A DNA stretch of 64,000 nt from positions 868,001 through 932,000 of the forward strand of contig OZ251235.1 in NCBI GenBank assembly GCA_965240325.2, given 5' to 3'. This document shows positions 43,301 to 54,126 of this stretch, one piece after another. The translations under genes and the position numbers were made by a program. The notes under the pieces were generated by a model. It saw nothing but the letters and a program-made list of their open reading frames with translations. It was not told the DNA's origin and did no database searches. Position 1 is the stretch's first letter; each line of letters starts with the position of its first letter. The stretch comes from Rebecca billardiae RCC1528. Lineage: Eukaryota > Protista > Haptophyta.

Positions 43301-46300
43301 CGCTCCGCCTCATCGCGCGGCACGGCGGGATGAAGCTGATCGTGAACGCGCTGCTGCAGACGCTGCCGCACGTCGTGTCCGTGCTCGTCGTCTGCACGCT
43401 CTTCCTCGTCGTGTTCGGCATCCTCGGCGTGCAGCTGTTCGCGGGCACGTTCCACGAGTGCTCGGACGCGGAGGTGCTCACCGAGGCGGCGTGCGTCGGC
43501 CTCTTCGAGACCGACGACGGCGAGCTCGTGCCGCGCGAGTGGGCCAACCCGGAGTTTGGCTCGTTCGACTCGTTGCCCTCGGCCGCGCTGCTGCTCTTCG
43601 AGATGTCCGGGCTCGAGGGGTGGCCGGACGTGATGTACCGCGGGATCGACGCGACGTCGCCGGGGCACGGGCCGGTGCGGCAGCACAACCCGATCGCCGC
43701 GCTCTTCTTCATGGCGTGGATCGTGATCGGCGCCTTCTTCATCCTGAACATGTTCATAGGCGTGATCGTGGACACATTCAACACGATCAAGGAGCACGAG
43801 TCCGGGCTGCTCTTCATGACGCCGGAGCAGCAGCAGTGGGTGCACGCGCAGGGGCTGCTGCTCAAGGCGAGCGCGATCTCGCGCGCGCCGCGCCCGCTCG
43901 CGGGCTGGCGCGTGCCGCTGTACGACGTCGTCACCTCCACCGTCTTCGAGGTCGGCGTGATGGTTGTGATTGTGATCAACACGACGTGCATGGCGCTCGA
44001 CTCGTACGACAAGCCCGCCTGGTTCGCCGAGACGCTGCACGCGCTCAACCTGGCGTTCGTGATCATCTTCACGGCAGAGGCGGTGCTCAAGATCGCCGCG
44101 TTCCGCTTCGCCAAGTACATCGCCAACCCGTGGAACCGCTTCGACCTGCTCGTCGTCGTGGGCGGGCTGATCGACACGATCTTCACACGCTTTGCGGTCG
44201 CGCTGCCGCTGTCGCCGATGCTGCTGCGCGTGCTGCGCCTCTTCCGCGTCGCGCGCGTGCTGCGCGTGATCCGCGCGGGCGAGGCGCTGCGCATGCTGCT
44301 GAACACGCTGTTCCAGTCGCTCCCCTCGCTCTCCAACGTCGTCATCCTCCTCGGCCTCCTGCTGTTCGTGTACGCGGTGCTCGGCACACACCTCTTCTGC
44401 TTGATCACCCAGGGCGAGTTCCTCGACCGGCACGCCAACTTCGGCACGCTGCCCGTCGCGCTGCTCACGCTGTTCCGCTGCGCGACGGGCGAGGACTGGA
44501 ACGGGATCATGCACGACCTCATGCTCGGCGGCGGCTGCGCCGACGACGCCGACCCCTCCGCCGGCTGCTCCACGTGGGCCGCCGTGCCCTACTTTGTGTC
44601 GTACACGCTCGTGTCGACCTTCATCACGCTCAACATCGTCATCGCCATCATCCTCGACAACTTCTCAGACTCGGGCGTGGAGCAGGACCCGAGCACGACG
44701 GTGCGCGGGCGCGGCGCGGCGCGGGCGTGGGCGCGGCGCGCGGGGGCGCGCGCGCGCGCGCGCCGCGCCGCCTCAACCCGCGCCCCACCCGCGTCGCGCG
44801 ACTGCCGCGCACCGCGGGCCGCGCCCGCTGCCTGCGCCCGCTGCCTGCACCCGCCTGCTGCCGCTGGGCGCGCAGATCACCGACGCGCACATCGACGCGT
44901 TCCGCGACGCGTGGGCGGAGATCGACCCGGACGCGCTGCAGCGGATCTCGCTGACCGAGCTGCCGCGGCTGGTGATGGCGACGCCGTACCCGCTCGGCCT
45001 GAGGGGCAAGCAGACGAGCACCGCGCGATCCGACTGCATGAAGCTCGTCAAGCAGCTGGACATCAAGGTGTACAACCCGGGCGTGACGGGCGGCCCGCGC
45101 TCCAGGGCGGAGTCGGGGATCGACTGGATCACGTACTACGAGACGCTGGACGCGCTCGTGCGCCACGCGTTCCCGACGGTGAAGGACTCGGCGATGCACG
45201 GGCTCGAGGTCGTCTCAGAGTCGCTCACGTCGATTGAGAAGCAGCTCGCACTCAAGAAGGACGCCGAGCTGAAGCGCTCGATCGTGCAGCAGCAGCAGCA
45301 GGCGGGCGGGCTGATGGCCATGCGCTCCGAGTCGTCCGAGCTCGGGCTGCTGCTGCCGACCACGCCGGTGGGCGAGCTGTACCCGGTGGTGCGGCTGCAG
45401 CAGCAGTTCCGCGCGTCCGCGGAGAAGCGCAAGGAGCGCAACCGCCGGCAGCGCAGGCTGATCAACGACACAGGCGCCATCGACCCGCCCGCCGAGATGG
45501 CGCCTCGCACGGGCGCGTCCACCGTCATCATCAAGTCACGGCTGGTGGTGTTCGGCGGGCTCGGGCCGGGCGACCGGCTGCTCAAGGACTGCTGGGAACT
45601 GCTCACCGGGCCGGGCACGTGGGTCGACCGCAGCGCCTCGGTGCCGCCTGAGCTCGAGCCTCGCTTCGGCCACACCGCCGCCGCGTTTGGGCGCAACAAA
45701 ATGGTCATCAACGGCGGGCAGGGCACGCACGGCCGGCTGTCGGACGTGTGGGAGGTGGATCTGGCGGACTACTCGTGGCGGCAGCTCGTCGCGGACACGA
45801 GCACGGCCGCGCAGCAGCGCGCCATGGCCGGCGCCCCGCAAGAGCGCGCGCAGAACGGCACGCCCGCCCAGCCGCGGAACGGCGAGGCCGGCGCGCGCGC
45901 CGACGCACTCGGCGAGCTGCCCCTCTGGATCCAGAACGAGATTGTATCTCCCTCCTCGGCCGATGAGCCGGCCGAGCAGGCGGCGCTCGAGCTGCAGCGC
46001 GTGTGGCGAGGTACGCGCGCGCCCCCCCCGCGCGCGCCGCGCGCGCCGGTGCCGGCGGCCGAAGCTGACGTGCACTCGCGTCGCACACCCCGCCTGCGCG
46101 CCGTGCAGGCCGGCTCGCGCGCGACAGGGCGGACCACGCCTTGCGGCTGGCGGCGCTCGAGTACTTTGCCGCGGCGGTGGTCCAGGCGCACTGGAGGGGA
46201 CTGCTGGTGCGCAGACGGCTCGGGAAGCAGCGAGCACCAGCGAGCAGACAGTCGACCGTTCGCGGTGGGCGGCCAACGGGTGCGACTTCAACGGGCAGAC

Positions 46301-46317
46301 GGCAACGATATGATTGA
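40392..46317 (+). CDS. Four-domain voltage-gated cation channel alpha subunit (EEEE filter, Cav-like) with Kelch and IQ motifs; introns 40403-40499 (tentative), 41401-41556, 44701-44875, 46011-46108
   Basis: Four S4 segments (RCVRALRPLR, RALRLFRVLK, RMVRMLRPLR, RVLRLFRVAR). Pore loops TLEGW, SGENW, GLEGW, TGEDW. The start exon MASL is inferred because there is no in-frame ATG before S1. Confidence 0.93.
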
Positions 46318-46461
46318 TTCGCCCTGCTGCGGCAGCACCTAGCCCTAGGCAGTCTCCGAGCCTCCGGGGCGGCTCATCAGGCGCCAGTCCGCCGCGGAGT
46401 CGTCATTTATTGATGATTTTTCATTTAGACTCATTTATTAGTTCCTATACAGTTAATTTAA

Positions 46462-49400
46462 CACAGTGCCGGAAAACTGCTCAGGGTGACGTTTTAAGTT
46501 GTCCGCACCACTAGTCGAATCATCGGACAATTCTGAAGCGGTGCGCCTAAATTCGGCGCACCATAGGCGCGTCGAATCGTGGCACAGACCTTGGTAGCAG
46601 GCCACACCTGAGCGCGCTGCGCGCGCCGACGCGCGCTCGGCGCGGGCAAAAAATCATGCGCCGTTGGCATTACGCAGCCCCGCGCAGCGCTGTGCTCGAG
46701 CTCGGCGGCGGCGAAAGCGGGCGGGCGCACACGGCGGTGCCCGTGCGCGCTGCTCCGAGCGCAGCTGCGGCCACCCCGGCGGCATGCCGCCGGTCGAGGG
46801 CACGAAAACCGATTTTTCGGGAATATGCAGAGCAGCGGCGCCCGAGCGCGCCCGAGCTCGTCGCAGCACAGTCTCCTGGTGGCTGCGCCCCGTGAAGCCA
46901 CGCCACGCGGGGCGCTGGCGTGCGCGTGGCCTGCGCCCACCGTGCGCTGCCCGATCATGGCCGTCGACCGCTCCGAGCGCCTCACCACGCGTGCTCGAGC
47001 CCACCGATACTGACGCCCGAGCACGGTGCCGGCAGCGCTCGCAGGTGGGCGTCGGAGAAAACACGCCGGCCGAACGAGCTTGAAGCGTCCGCCGCGATGC
47101 CAACGGCAGCGGACGACGTGCGCGCCACCTCGGCGCCAGTCGCCCAGCCCTTGCGCGGCGGTGCGGGCTCGCTCGTTCGCCGCCATCAGCTGCGCGCGCG
47201 CAGCCCGATCACTGCCCGCTGGTTCTGTTGTCGAGCAGCTGCGGCCTGCCACGCGCACTGCCGGACATTGAGCCACAGCGCGAGCACGCGCCTCGTCTGG
47301 CACGCGCGAGCACTCGGCACCGTGCGTGGCCACCATGACGCGCCCATCTGCGCCAGCAGCGATGAGCACGCCGCTGTTCAGCTCGCATCGGGCTCGCTCG
47401 CGACGCAGCAACGCGCGGCCGTAGCGGCAGCAGCGGCGCCGTCGAGCACGCGCGGCAAACAAATCTGCAGCGCGGGCGAGTCGACGGTCTGGAAAATGCG
47501 CGATCACGCCACAGCAGGCTGGCAGAGCCCGCCCGAGCTGCAGCATGCCGTAGGTGCTGCCCCAAGCTCTCGACTGCCCGTAAGCGGCGGCATGTGCGGC
47601 GGCGCCGGCGGCGGCCATGCTGCTCCGCCGTTGCGCGCCGCGGGGCGCCGTCGGCACCTCCGTGGTGAAGCGCACAGCGCTCGAGCCCACGGGGGCTGGC
47701 GACCGTCAAACCGACACCCCATGACGCGGGGCTGCGTGCGCCAGCTGCGCGCACTCCGTGGGCCCACCTAGCCCGCTCGAGCAGCTCGCCTTGGGTGCGC
47801 GCAGCGGCTCGAGCACACTGGTATGCGACGCCTGCCTGCGGTGCCGCCGAGCACATGCGGCCGACGGTCACTCAGCACGGGCGACTCGACGGCGGCGAGC
47901 AGGCGCGACGGCCTCGCCGCGCCGCGGAAAAGCCTGCCCGGGCTGCAGCACGCCGTAGGAGCAGCCCAGCGCCCTCCTCCGCCCTCCAGCTTCGGCGCGC
48001 GCAGCAGGCCCGGCAGCGGCCATGCTGGCGTGCCCAAGCATGAAGACGGGCGCGGCCGGCCGCGCCGTCGCAAAGCGCGCAGAACTCGAGCTCGGGGGGG
48101 CGGACGGCCGCCAAACTGGCGCGGCAGGACGTGGCACTGCGTGCGCCAGCTGCGCGCACCCGCTGCGCCCGCGTGGCCCGTGCGAGCGCCGCGCCTCGAG
48201 CACACGCAGCTGCTCGACACAGCCAAGGCAGTGTGGCTTGTGGGCGTGCACGTGATCAGTCTCAGCTCTGAGGCGCGCGCTCAGGAGGGCTGCGGCCGGG
48301 CCGAGCGCGATCTGCGCGGACGGTACAGCCTGGCGGCTCATGCAAGCCAGCCCAAAGCCCGCTCCGCCATCCGCGTCATGGCGCTCCAGCGTCTCGCGTG
48401 CTGCGCTGAAGCCGCGCTCGGCAAAGACGTCGCCCAGCCCGCCTTGCACGCGGCTGAGCAGTGGCAGCCAGGCGAAGCGTCGTCGCGGGCGAGGCTGCGC
48501 TGGGTGATGCAGCTCGGGTCGGTGGGCAAGTCGCACCCCGCCGTCGGTCGCCTCCACGCCTCAGGCTCGCTCGAGGTCAAAGACAACTGCGCGGCGCGGC
48601 GTTTGCGCGGGCGGGCCGCGGGCGTGGCGGGGTGTACGCGTGCAATGTCACAGCCTCCCACACAATGTCAGGAGGGTGAGACGCACCGCCAGCGGCACCC
48701 ACACACAATCCCACCCTGCGCGAGCCACCTGCCGTGTCGACTGAAGCATCAGGCTCGGGCGCAACCGCGCGCGGCGCATGCGGGCCGCGGCGCGCTCGCA
48801 CCGCGCGCGCCGTGAGGGCGAAAGGAGAGCACCCATCAGGGCGGCGAGGAACTTGCCCAGCGCCACGCGGAAGACGACCCCAGCCCGCGTCGACGCATAG
48901 TCGGGCCCGCGAGCAGCCTCGTCGGTCTTGGCCGAGTTTGGTCGCGCCGTGGAGGAGGCAGCGCTCGTTTGCCCCCCCGTCCGCCGCCGAAAGTCTGCCT
49001 CCACCTTCGCCTTCCACTTTCCGGCCGAGACCGGATTCGCTGACTCGAGCAGGGATGCTGGATTCAATGAATCTCAATCGCCTTTCAATGTTTCATTGAA
49101 TTCATTGAATTCACTGAATTCACTGAATTCAATGAATCCGAATTCAACGTTTTTCCGACTCTCCCAAATGGCGCCTAAATGCAGTCTAGAGGCGCTGAAT
49201 GTGACCCTACAGCGTGTCAGACTTCCTCCGAGTCGGCGGCGGCGCTGGAGACACCCTGCTCGAGGTCCTGCACCCGTGCCGGACCTCGGCGCACGCGTGC
49301 GCGCAGCCGTGACGCTGCCGTGGCCTTGTCGGCGGCCTTTGCCAAGAGCCGAGAATTCTCGCGGTCCGTTGGCGAGGCGGAGGTCCCTGAAGAGCGCCGA

Positions 49401-49935
49401 TCGCCGAGTGCGGCGCTTGATGTACTTGGCGGCATCATCCACAGCAGTCCTCAGCCACTAGCCAGTCCGCAGCTCACTGGACGCCGATGCAACGGTGACG
49501 CCCGCCAGGTCGCGCCGGACGTCGCGGTGCTGTGGAACTTAGCCGATCCGACGAACTCCAGCACACAGTCCGATTCTGAGTTCTGACGAGTCTGAGTGAA
49601 TCTGCTGCTTATTGCTTATTGATGATGCCGTGTATAGTGGGGGCGGAATGGGTGCATCGGTTGTGCGCACTGCTACAGTCCATGACTCGCCGTCGGTGGC
49701 CCCGCGGTCACAGCCCCGCACGCCGCGCTCGGCGCGCACGCGGCAGCGCTGCACACACAGTATTACTAGTCACTGCTACTACTGGTCAGGAAATCATTGA
49801 ATCCTGCCGCGATTCAGTGTCAATGAATTCAATGATTCATTGAATTTTATTTTTCATTGATTCAATGTTCGGCATCCCTGGACTCGAGCTGCGGACCGTC
49901 CGAAGCGTCACGGAAAATTCCAATCCGGCACTGTG
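46462..49935. mobile_element. Non-autonomous TIR element with CACAGTG termini (CMC/EnSpm- or Transib-like)
   Basis: CACAGTGCCGGA-N12-GTGACG-N9-GTCCGCA at both ends in inverted orientation. AA on both flanks (possible 2-bp TSD). Internal diverged duplication ~47500-47760 / 47925-48165. Confidence 0.75.
49050..49880 (-). mobile_element. hAT-family deletion derivative (MITE-like)
   Basis: TIR CAGGGATGC, perfect 8-bp TSD GACTCGAG (49042-49049 / 49881-49888), subterminal TTCA(A/T/C)TGAA arrays, and a remnant RRDLAGVTVASASSE resembling the hAT dimerisation motif. Confidence 0.92.
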
Positions 49936-50103
49936 AAAATTAAAATAATGCCATATAGCGCATAACGCGAGTCATTCATCCGCGTGATGCATGCCCCCGG
50001 TAATCCGACTGGCCGCATGGCGGTCGCCGGCGCCGTTCTGCAACCTGCTGGCCTGCTGCCGCTGCGACTCGGGCTCACGGCGTAGTCAGTCTCAGTCACC
50101 CGA

Positions 50104-50841
50104 TCACTCATTGTCGCCGATGTAGTTGCTCACCAAGCTCTCAGCTTTGGCCGCGAGCCGCCTGTTCTCGAGCACCAGATCTTCGAACGCTTTTTCCGTC
50201 TCGGGCGGGATCAGAGGACCCCCGCTTACCGCCTCGCGGACGCTGCGGAGCATCGCCTCTGTGAACACGGGCTCGACCACAGGCACCTCGAGCGGAGGTG
50301 CGTCCGGAGCAAGCTGCGGGGTCTCGGCGTAGACGAGCTGCGCGGCCTCGTCCCCGGCGAGCCGCTCGCCGTCGAGATTGGTGAGAGCCGGAAGGAGTCT
50401 CAAGACCACCGCTCTGTAGGACGGATGCCCGCACACTGGGTTGGGCGCCGCCATGTCGGCGTACACCCTCCGGAAGTGCAGCGTGTGCAGGTTGGGCAGC
50501 TCGGCGAGGTGTTTGACCTCATCCACGTTGCTGATGTTGTTCGCCTCGATGTGCAGCGCCTCCAGTGATTTCACGCTCTTGAGCGGCTCGAGCCGCTCCA
50601 CCCGATTGATGTCCACCACCAGCTTCTTCAGGCTTTCGAGGCCACCCACGCCGTCGAGCGAGCGGATGTGATTGTCTGAAACGTCGAGCTCCGTCAAGTT
50701 CGTGCACACGGCGACAGCCGTGATGCTGCGCAGCTGCATGCCGACGAAGTTGAGCGTGTACACACTCTCGATGTCAAACTCACCAGCGCGCTTCTTGATC
50801 ACAGCCTCATTGAGGTCGACTCCCAGCGAGCGCGACGACAT
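50104..50841 (-). CDS. LRRC61: SDS22-type leucine-rich-repeat protein with LRRcap, LRRC61-like
   Basis: N-terminal RAGEFDIESV, LTELDVSDNHIRSL repeats, cap NPVC..PSYRA.VLRLLPALTNLDGERL. Confidence 0.75.
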   Translation of the reverse strand: MSSRSLGVDLNEAVIKKRAGEFDIESVYTLNFVGMQLRSITAVAVCTNLTELDVSDNHIRSLDGVGGLESLKKLVVDINRVERLEPLKSVKSLEALHIEANNISNVDEVKHLAELPNLHTLHFRRVYADMAAPNPVCGHPSYRAVVLRLLPALTNLDGERLAGDEAAQLVYAETPQLAPDAPPLEVPVVEPVFTEAMLRSVREAVSGGPLIPPETEKAFEDLVLENRRLAAKAESLVSNYIGDNE

Positions 50842-50961
50842 GGCGAGCGGCCAAGCCAGCGCGACGTCAACGGCGGGCCCCCTCCCTCCTGCCGGTTTGG
50901 GCCTGGGCGCTGGCTGGCGTGGCCGCGCGCGGCCACCACCACTCAAACGGCGGACATCAGC

Positions 50962-53635
50962 ATGGCGCTCCGCCGCGAGATGGCCGAGCCAGTCGAGCGC
51001 TTGGCGGAGCTAGCTCGCCGCACGCGCGACGGGCCTGCGCTCGAGTTCGACGTGCTTCCCGCTCGCCTGGCTGAGCTCCTGCGCAGCGCGTTCGCCCAGG
51101 CGGATGGTTCGCGTGTGCTGCGGTTTGGTCGCGGGGCGGGTGCAGGCGCTGAGTGGAGGGCAGCGCTGGAGGTGAGCACGGGCGAGGTCGTGGAGGTGCC
51201 CGTGACGCATGAGACCATCACGCTCCTGACCGACGCGCGGTACACGCTCCTCGTCGAGCTGCACTCAGAGATCGTCGCATGCACGCGGCTCGCCTGCCCG
51301 CACGACACAGAGCAGTGCGCACGCGCCGCTCTCGGCCTGGCTGAGGTGTACGTGGCGCATGACGCCCCCGCGCCCGCGCTCGAGCACGCCATGCGCGCGG
51401 AGATGCACGTCAGGCGTGCACTCGACGCGCACGCGGCGTCCCAGGGCACTCACGGCGCAGCGGACGACACGAGCAGCGCGGCCATCGCCGGCACAGGCCT
51501 GGGGGCTCAGCACGGGCCCGCAGCGGCCTGGAGCGGGGCGCGCGAGCTGCTGGTGCGCAGCCTGGTCATCCAGGGCAGCGCCAACACGCAGCTGCGGCGA
51601 TACAGCTTCGCCGCGGAGAACCTCGAGGCCGCGCAGCAGGCCGTCCACGCGCGCCTCGGGCCGTCGGATGAGCGGAATCGGCCCATTCTGCATGCGCAGG
51701 CCGTGCTCGCCGTTGCCACTGCAGCCGTCGGGCGCGCGCGAGAGCTCATTGAGCTCGAGTTGCAGCTGGCGCGCGCCAGCGCGACCGTGGAGGATCGTGA
51801 GATTGGCGAGCTCGAGGGCGAGCTCGCCAACCTGCTGCTCCTCGAGGCCGCCGCGCTCGAAGTGCGGCCGCCGCTGGCCGAGCTTCCGCCACGTGACGAG
51901 CGCCGCCGCGTGGGCAGCACGGGCCGCGCCGAGCGTGCGCAGCCGACGCGCGGTCGCGCTGCGGGCGTGCGGGCGGCCTCGGCGAGCGGCCGAGCACGCC
52001 GACCAGCCAGCGTGCAAGCTGCGGCAGCCACGCTCCCGCCGTCCAGCCTACCTCCCACGCCGCCACCGACACCACCGCCGACGGCCCCCAGCGCCGGCGC
52101 TGGCGCGCTGGCGGGCAGCGCGCGCGCGCGCCCATCACAGCCGGGTGCCAGTCCGGGCTCCGCCGAGAGCGACGTGGCCGAGCGCGTGCATGCGCTGCGC
52201 TGTGAAGCCGCTGCGCTGCTCGAGCGCGTGCACGGCAGCGCCGAGCCACCGGCAGCACCCATCGGCCCGGGGGCGGACGGCACCCGGGCATCATCGGCGG
52301 TTGGCAGGGCGGGCGCGCAGGCGGCGCTTCGGGACGCCAAGCCACCGGCCACGGGGGCCGGCACTCGCACCAGCGGCGAGCAGCTTGGCCTCCTGGAGCA
52401 GCGTGCCAAGCTGAGCGCGCTGCTCGGGCACTGGGAAGCCGCCGAGCGCGCGTACCTGGGCGTGGCGGTAGCGCTGGAGGAGGAGCACGGGTGTGCGCTG
52501 CGCGCCGCGCGCGCCTTCCCCGTTTGCACGCAGCCCGCGCTGGCCGCGGCGGCCGCGGGCGGCGGCTGCGCGTTGCCGCCCTGACGCCCTCGGGTGCTAC
52601 TGTACCTGGCTGGGCATGAGCCCCCTCTCACCCGCTCCCGCGCGCCCTGTGCCGTCTCCCCGTGTCGCGTGCCGCGCAACCGCGCGTGGCGATGGCCGCC
52701 TGTGCGGCGCCGCGCTCTCACAGGATGGCACACCCGCGCGTGGCGGACGCGTGGCTGCGCGTGGCCGAGGCCAGGCTGCAGACGCAGCGCATCGGCGCGG
52801 CCGCGCGGGACCTGCGCCACGTGCGCACGCTGCGGCGCACGCTGTATGGCGCGGGCAGTGCCCAGGAGACGCAGTGCGTACTCGCTCTCGCCGAGCTGCA
52901 CGCGCAGCGGCGCGAGTGGAAGCGTTCGCGCGCTCTTCTGGCGGCGGCGTTGACCGAGAGTCGCGCGCTCGATCGTGACAGCGAGGCCGAGGCGGTGCGC
53001 GCGCGATCGCGACCGCGCGACCGCGCCGCCACGTGCTGCGCGCACTGCGCCTACGCGCTGCGCCTGCATGCGCTGACCAACCCCTCCCAGGCGGTCCCCA
53101 CACCTGCGCTGCGCACCAGGCCAACCAGTCGAAGCCAGCGCTACGATGGGGCTGGAACGGCGCAGTGCCCGAGGCAGACTCGGGTGGTCGCCTCCTCGCC
53201 AAGTGCGTGCACGCGTACATACCCGAGCAGGCCCGCCGCGAGACGCACCTCGAGCTGAGCGCAGGCGATGTGCTCGAGGTGCTGCCGCATGACCGCTCGG
53301 GCACGCCGCGGCTATCCACGCCGTGGTCTCTTGGGAGTGCGCGCGGGCGCACGGGCTGGTTCCCCAGCAGCTACGTCAGGCATCTGCCAGCAGAGGCGCC
53401 GCGCTCTGAGCGCACCGAGCGCCTGCTCGAGGCGCTGGCGCGCGTGCTCGAGCGCGAGCAGATCGACGGAAGCGCGAGCGGCGGTGGGAGCGGAGGCATT
53501 AACTACGAGGCGGTCGCCGCACTTCTGCACGCCGAGCGATCGGGCGAGCGCTTTCACAGCCCGCTCCCTGCCGTCGTCCTCGGCCAGCCAGCGCCGGCCG
53601 TCCTCGGCCTGGCCGGGCGCGGCATGGCTGACTGA
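50962..53635 (+). CDS. TPR-like helical protein (TTC23-like) with C-terminal SH3 domain; introns 52491-52723 and 52995-53119 (another possible near 51860-52020)
   Basis: Helical TPR-like segments. SH3 motif AKCVHAY...LELSAGDVLEVL...W..G...GRTGWFPSSYV. Splice phases are compatible. Confidence 0.65.
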
Positions 53636-54126
53636 GAGACGGCCGGCTTGCGAGCGGCCCGGGCGCGCGCTGCCTGATCGCTCGAGACTTGGACGCACAG
53701 TGCGTTCGCGATGGAGCCCAATCAGGCTATCACTTAATGAGTCCGGGCGATTAATCGACTGTCCGGCCGCCGCTCTCGAATGGGAGATTAGGTACGACCC
53801 AATCACAATGCGCGATCGTGCCTATTTGAGTTCCGTTGGGCTGCTTCGCCATCAGGCGCGAAACCCGTCCGCACGTGTGCGCCGAAGCCCAACGAACGGC
53901 GTAGATGGGGGGAAGGCCGTACGGACGGCGCTTTCGCGCACTCCAGAGGCCGCACGCCCTCTCAGCAGCCTCGGTCGTCTTTCAGGGCGCCTTTTCGCCC
54001 GTCCAAACTCGCACGCGCGAGAACCACCCCCGGTGCGCTCGCGGCCTCCCCACTCGGCGCCACGCTTGCCGGGCTGACACGCCGCCTCCGCCCGCACCGC
54101 CGCCGCCGCGCAGACCGATCAGCCCG

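Noticed and set aside
40678-44954. Long overlapping ORFs on both strands over the channel gene (and similar R/A/P-rich ORFs across the window)
   Set aside because: Shadow ORFs caused by extreme GC3; no domain motifs.
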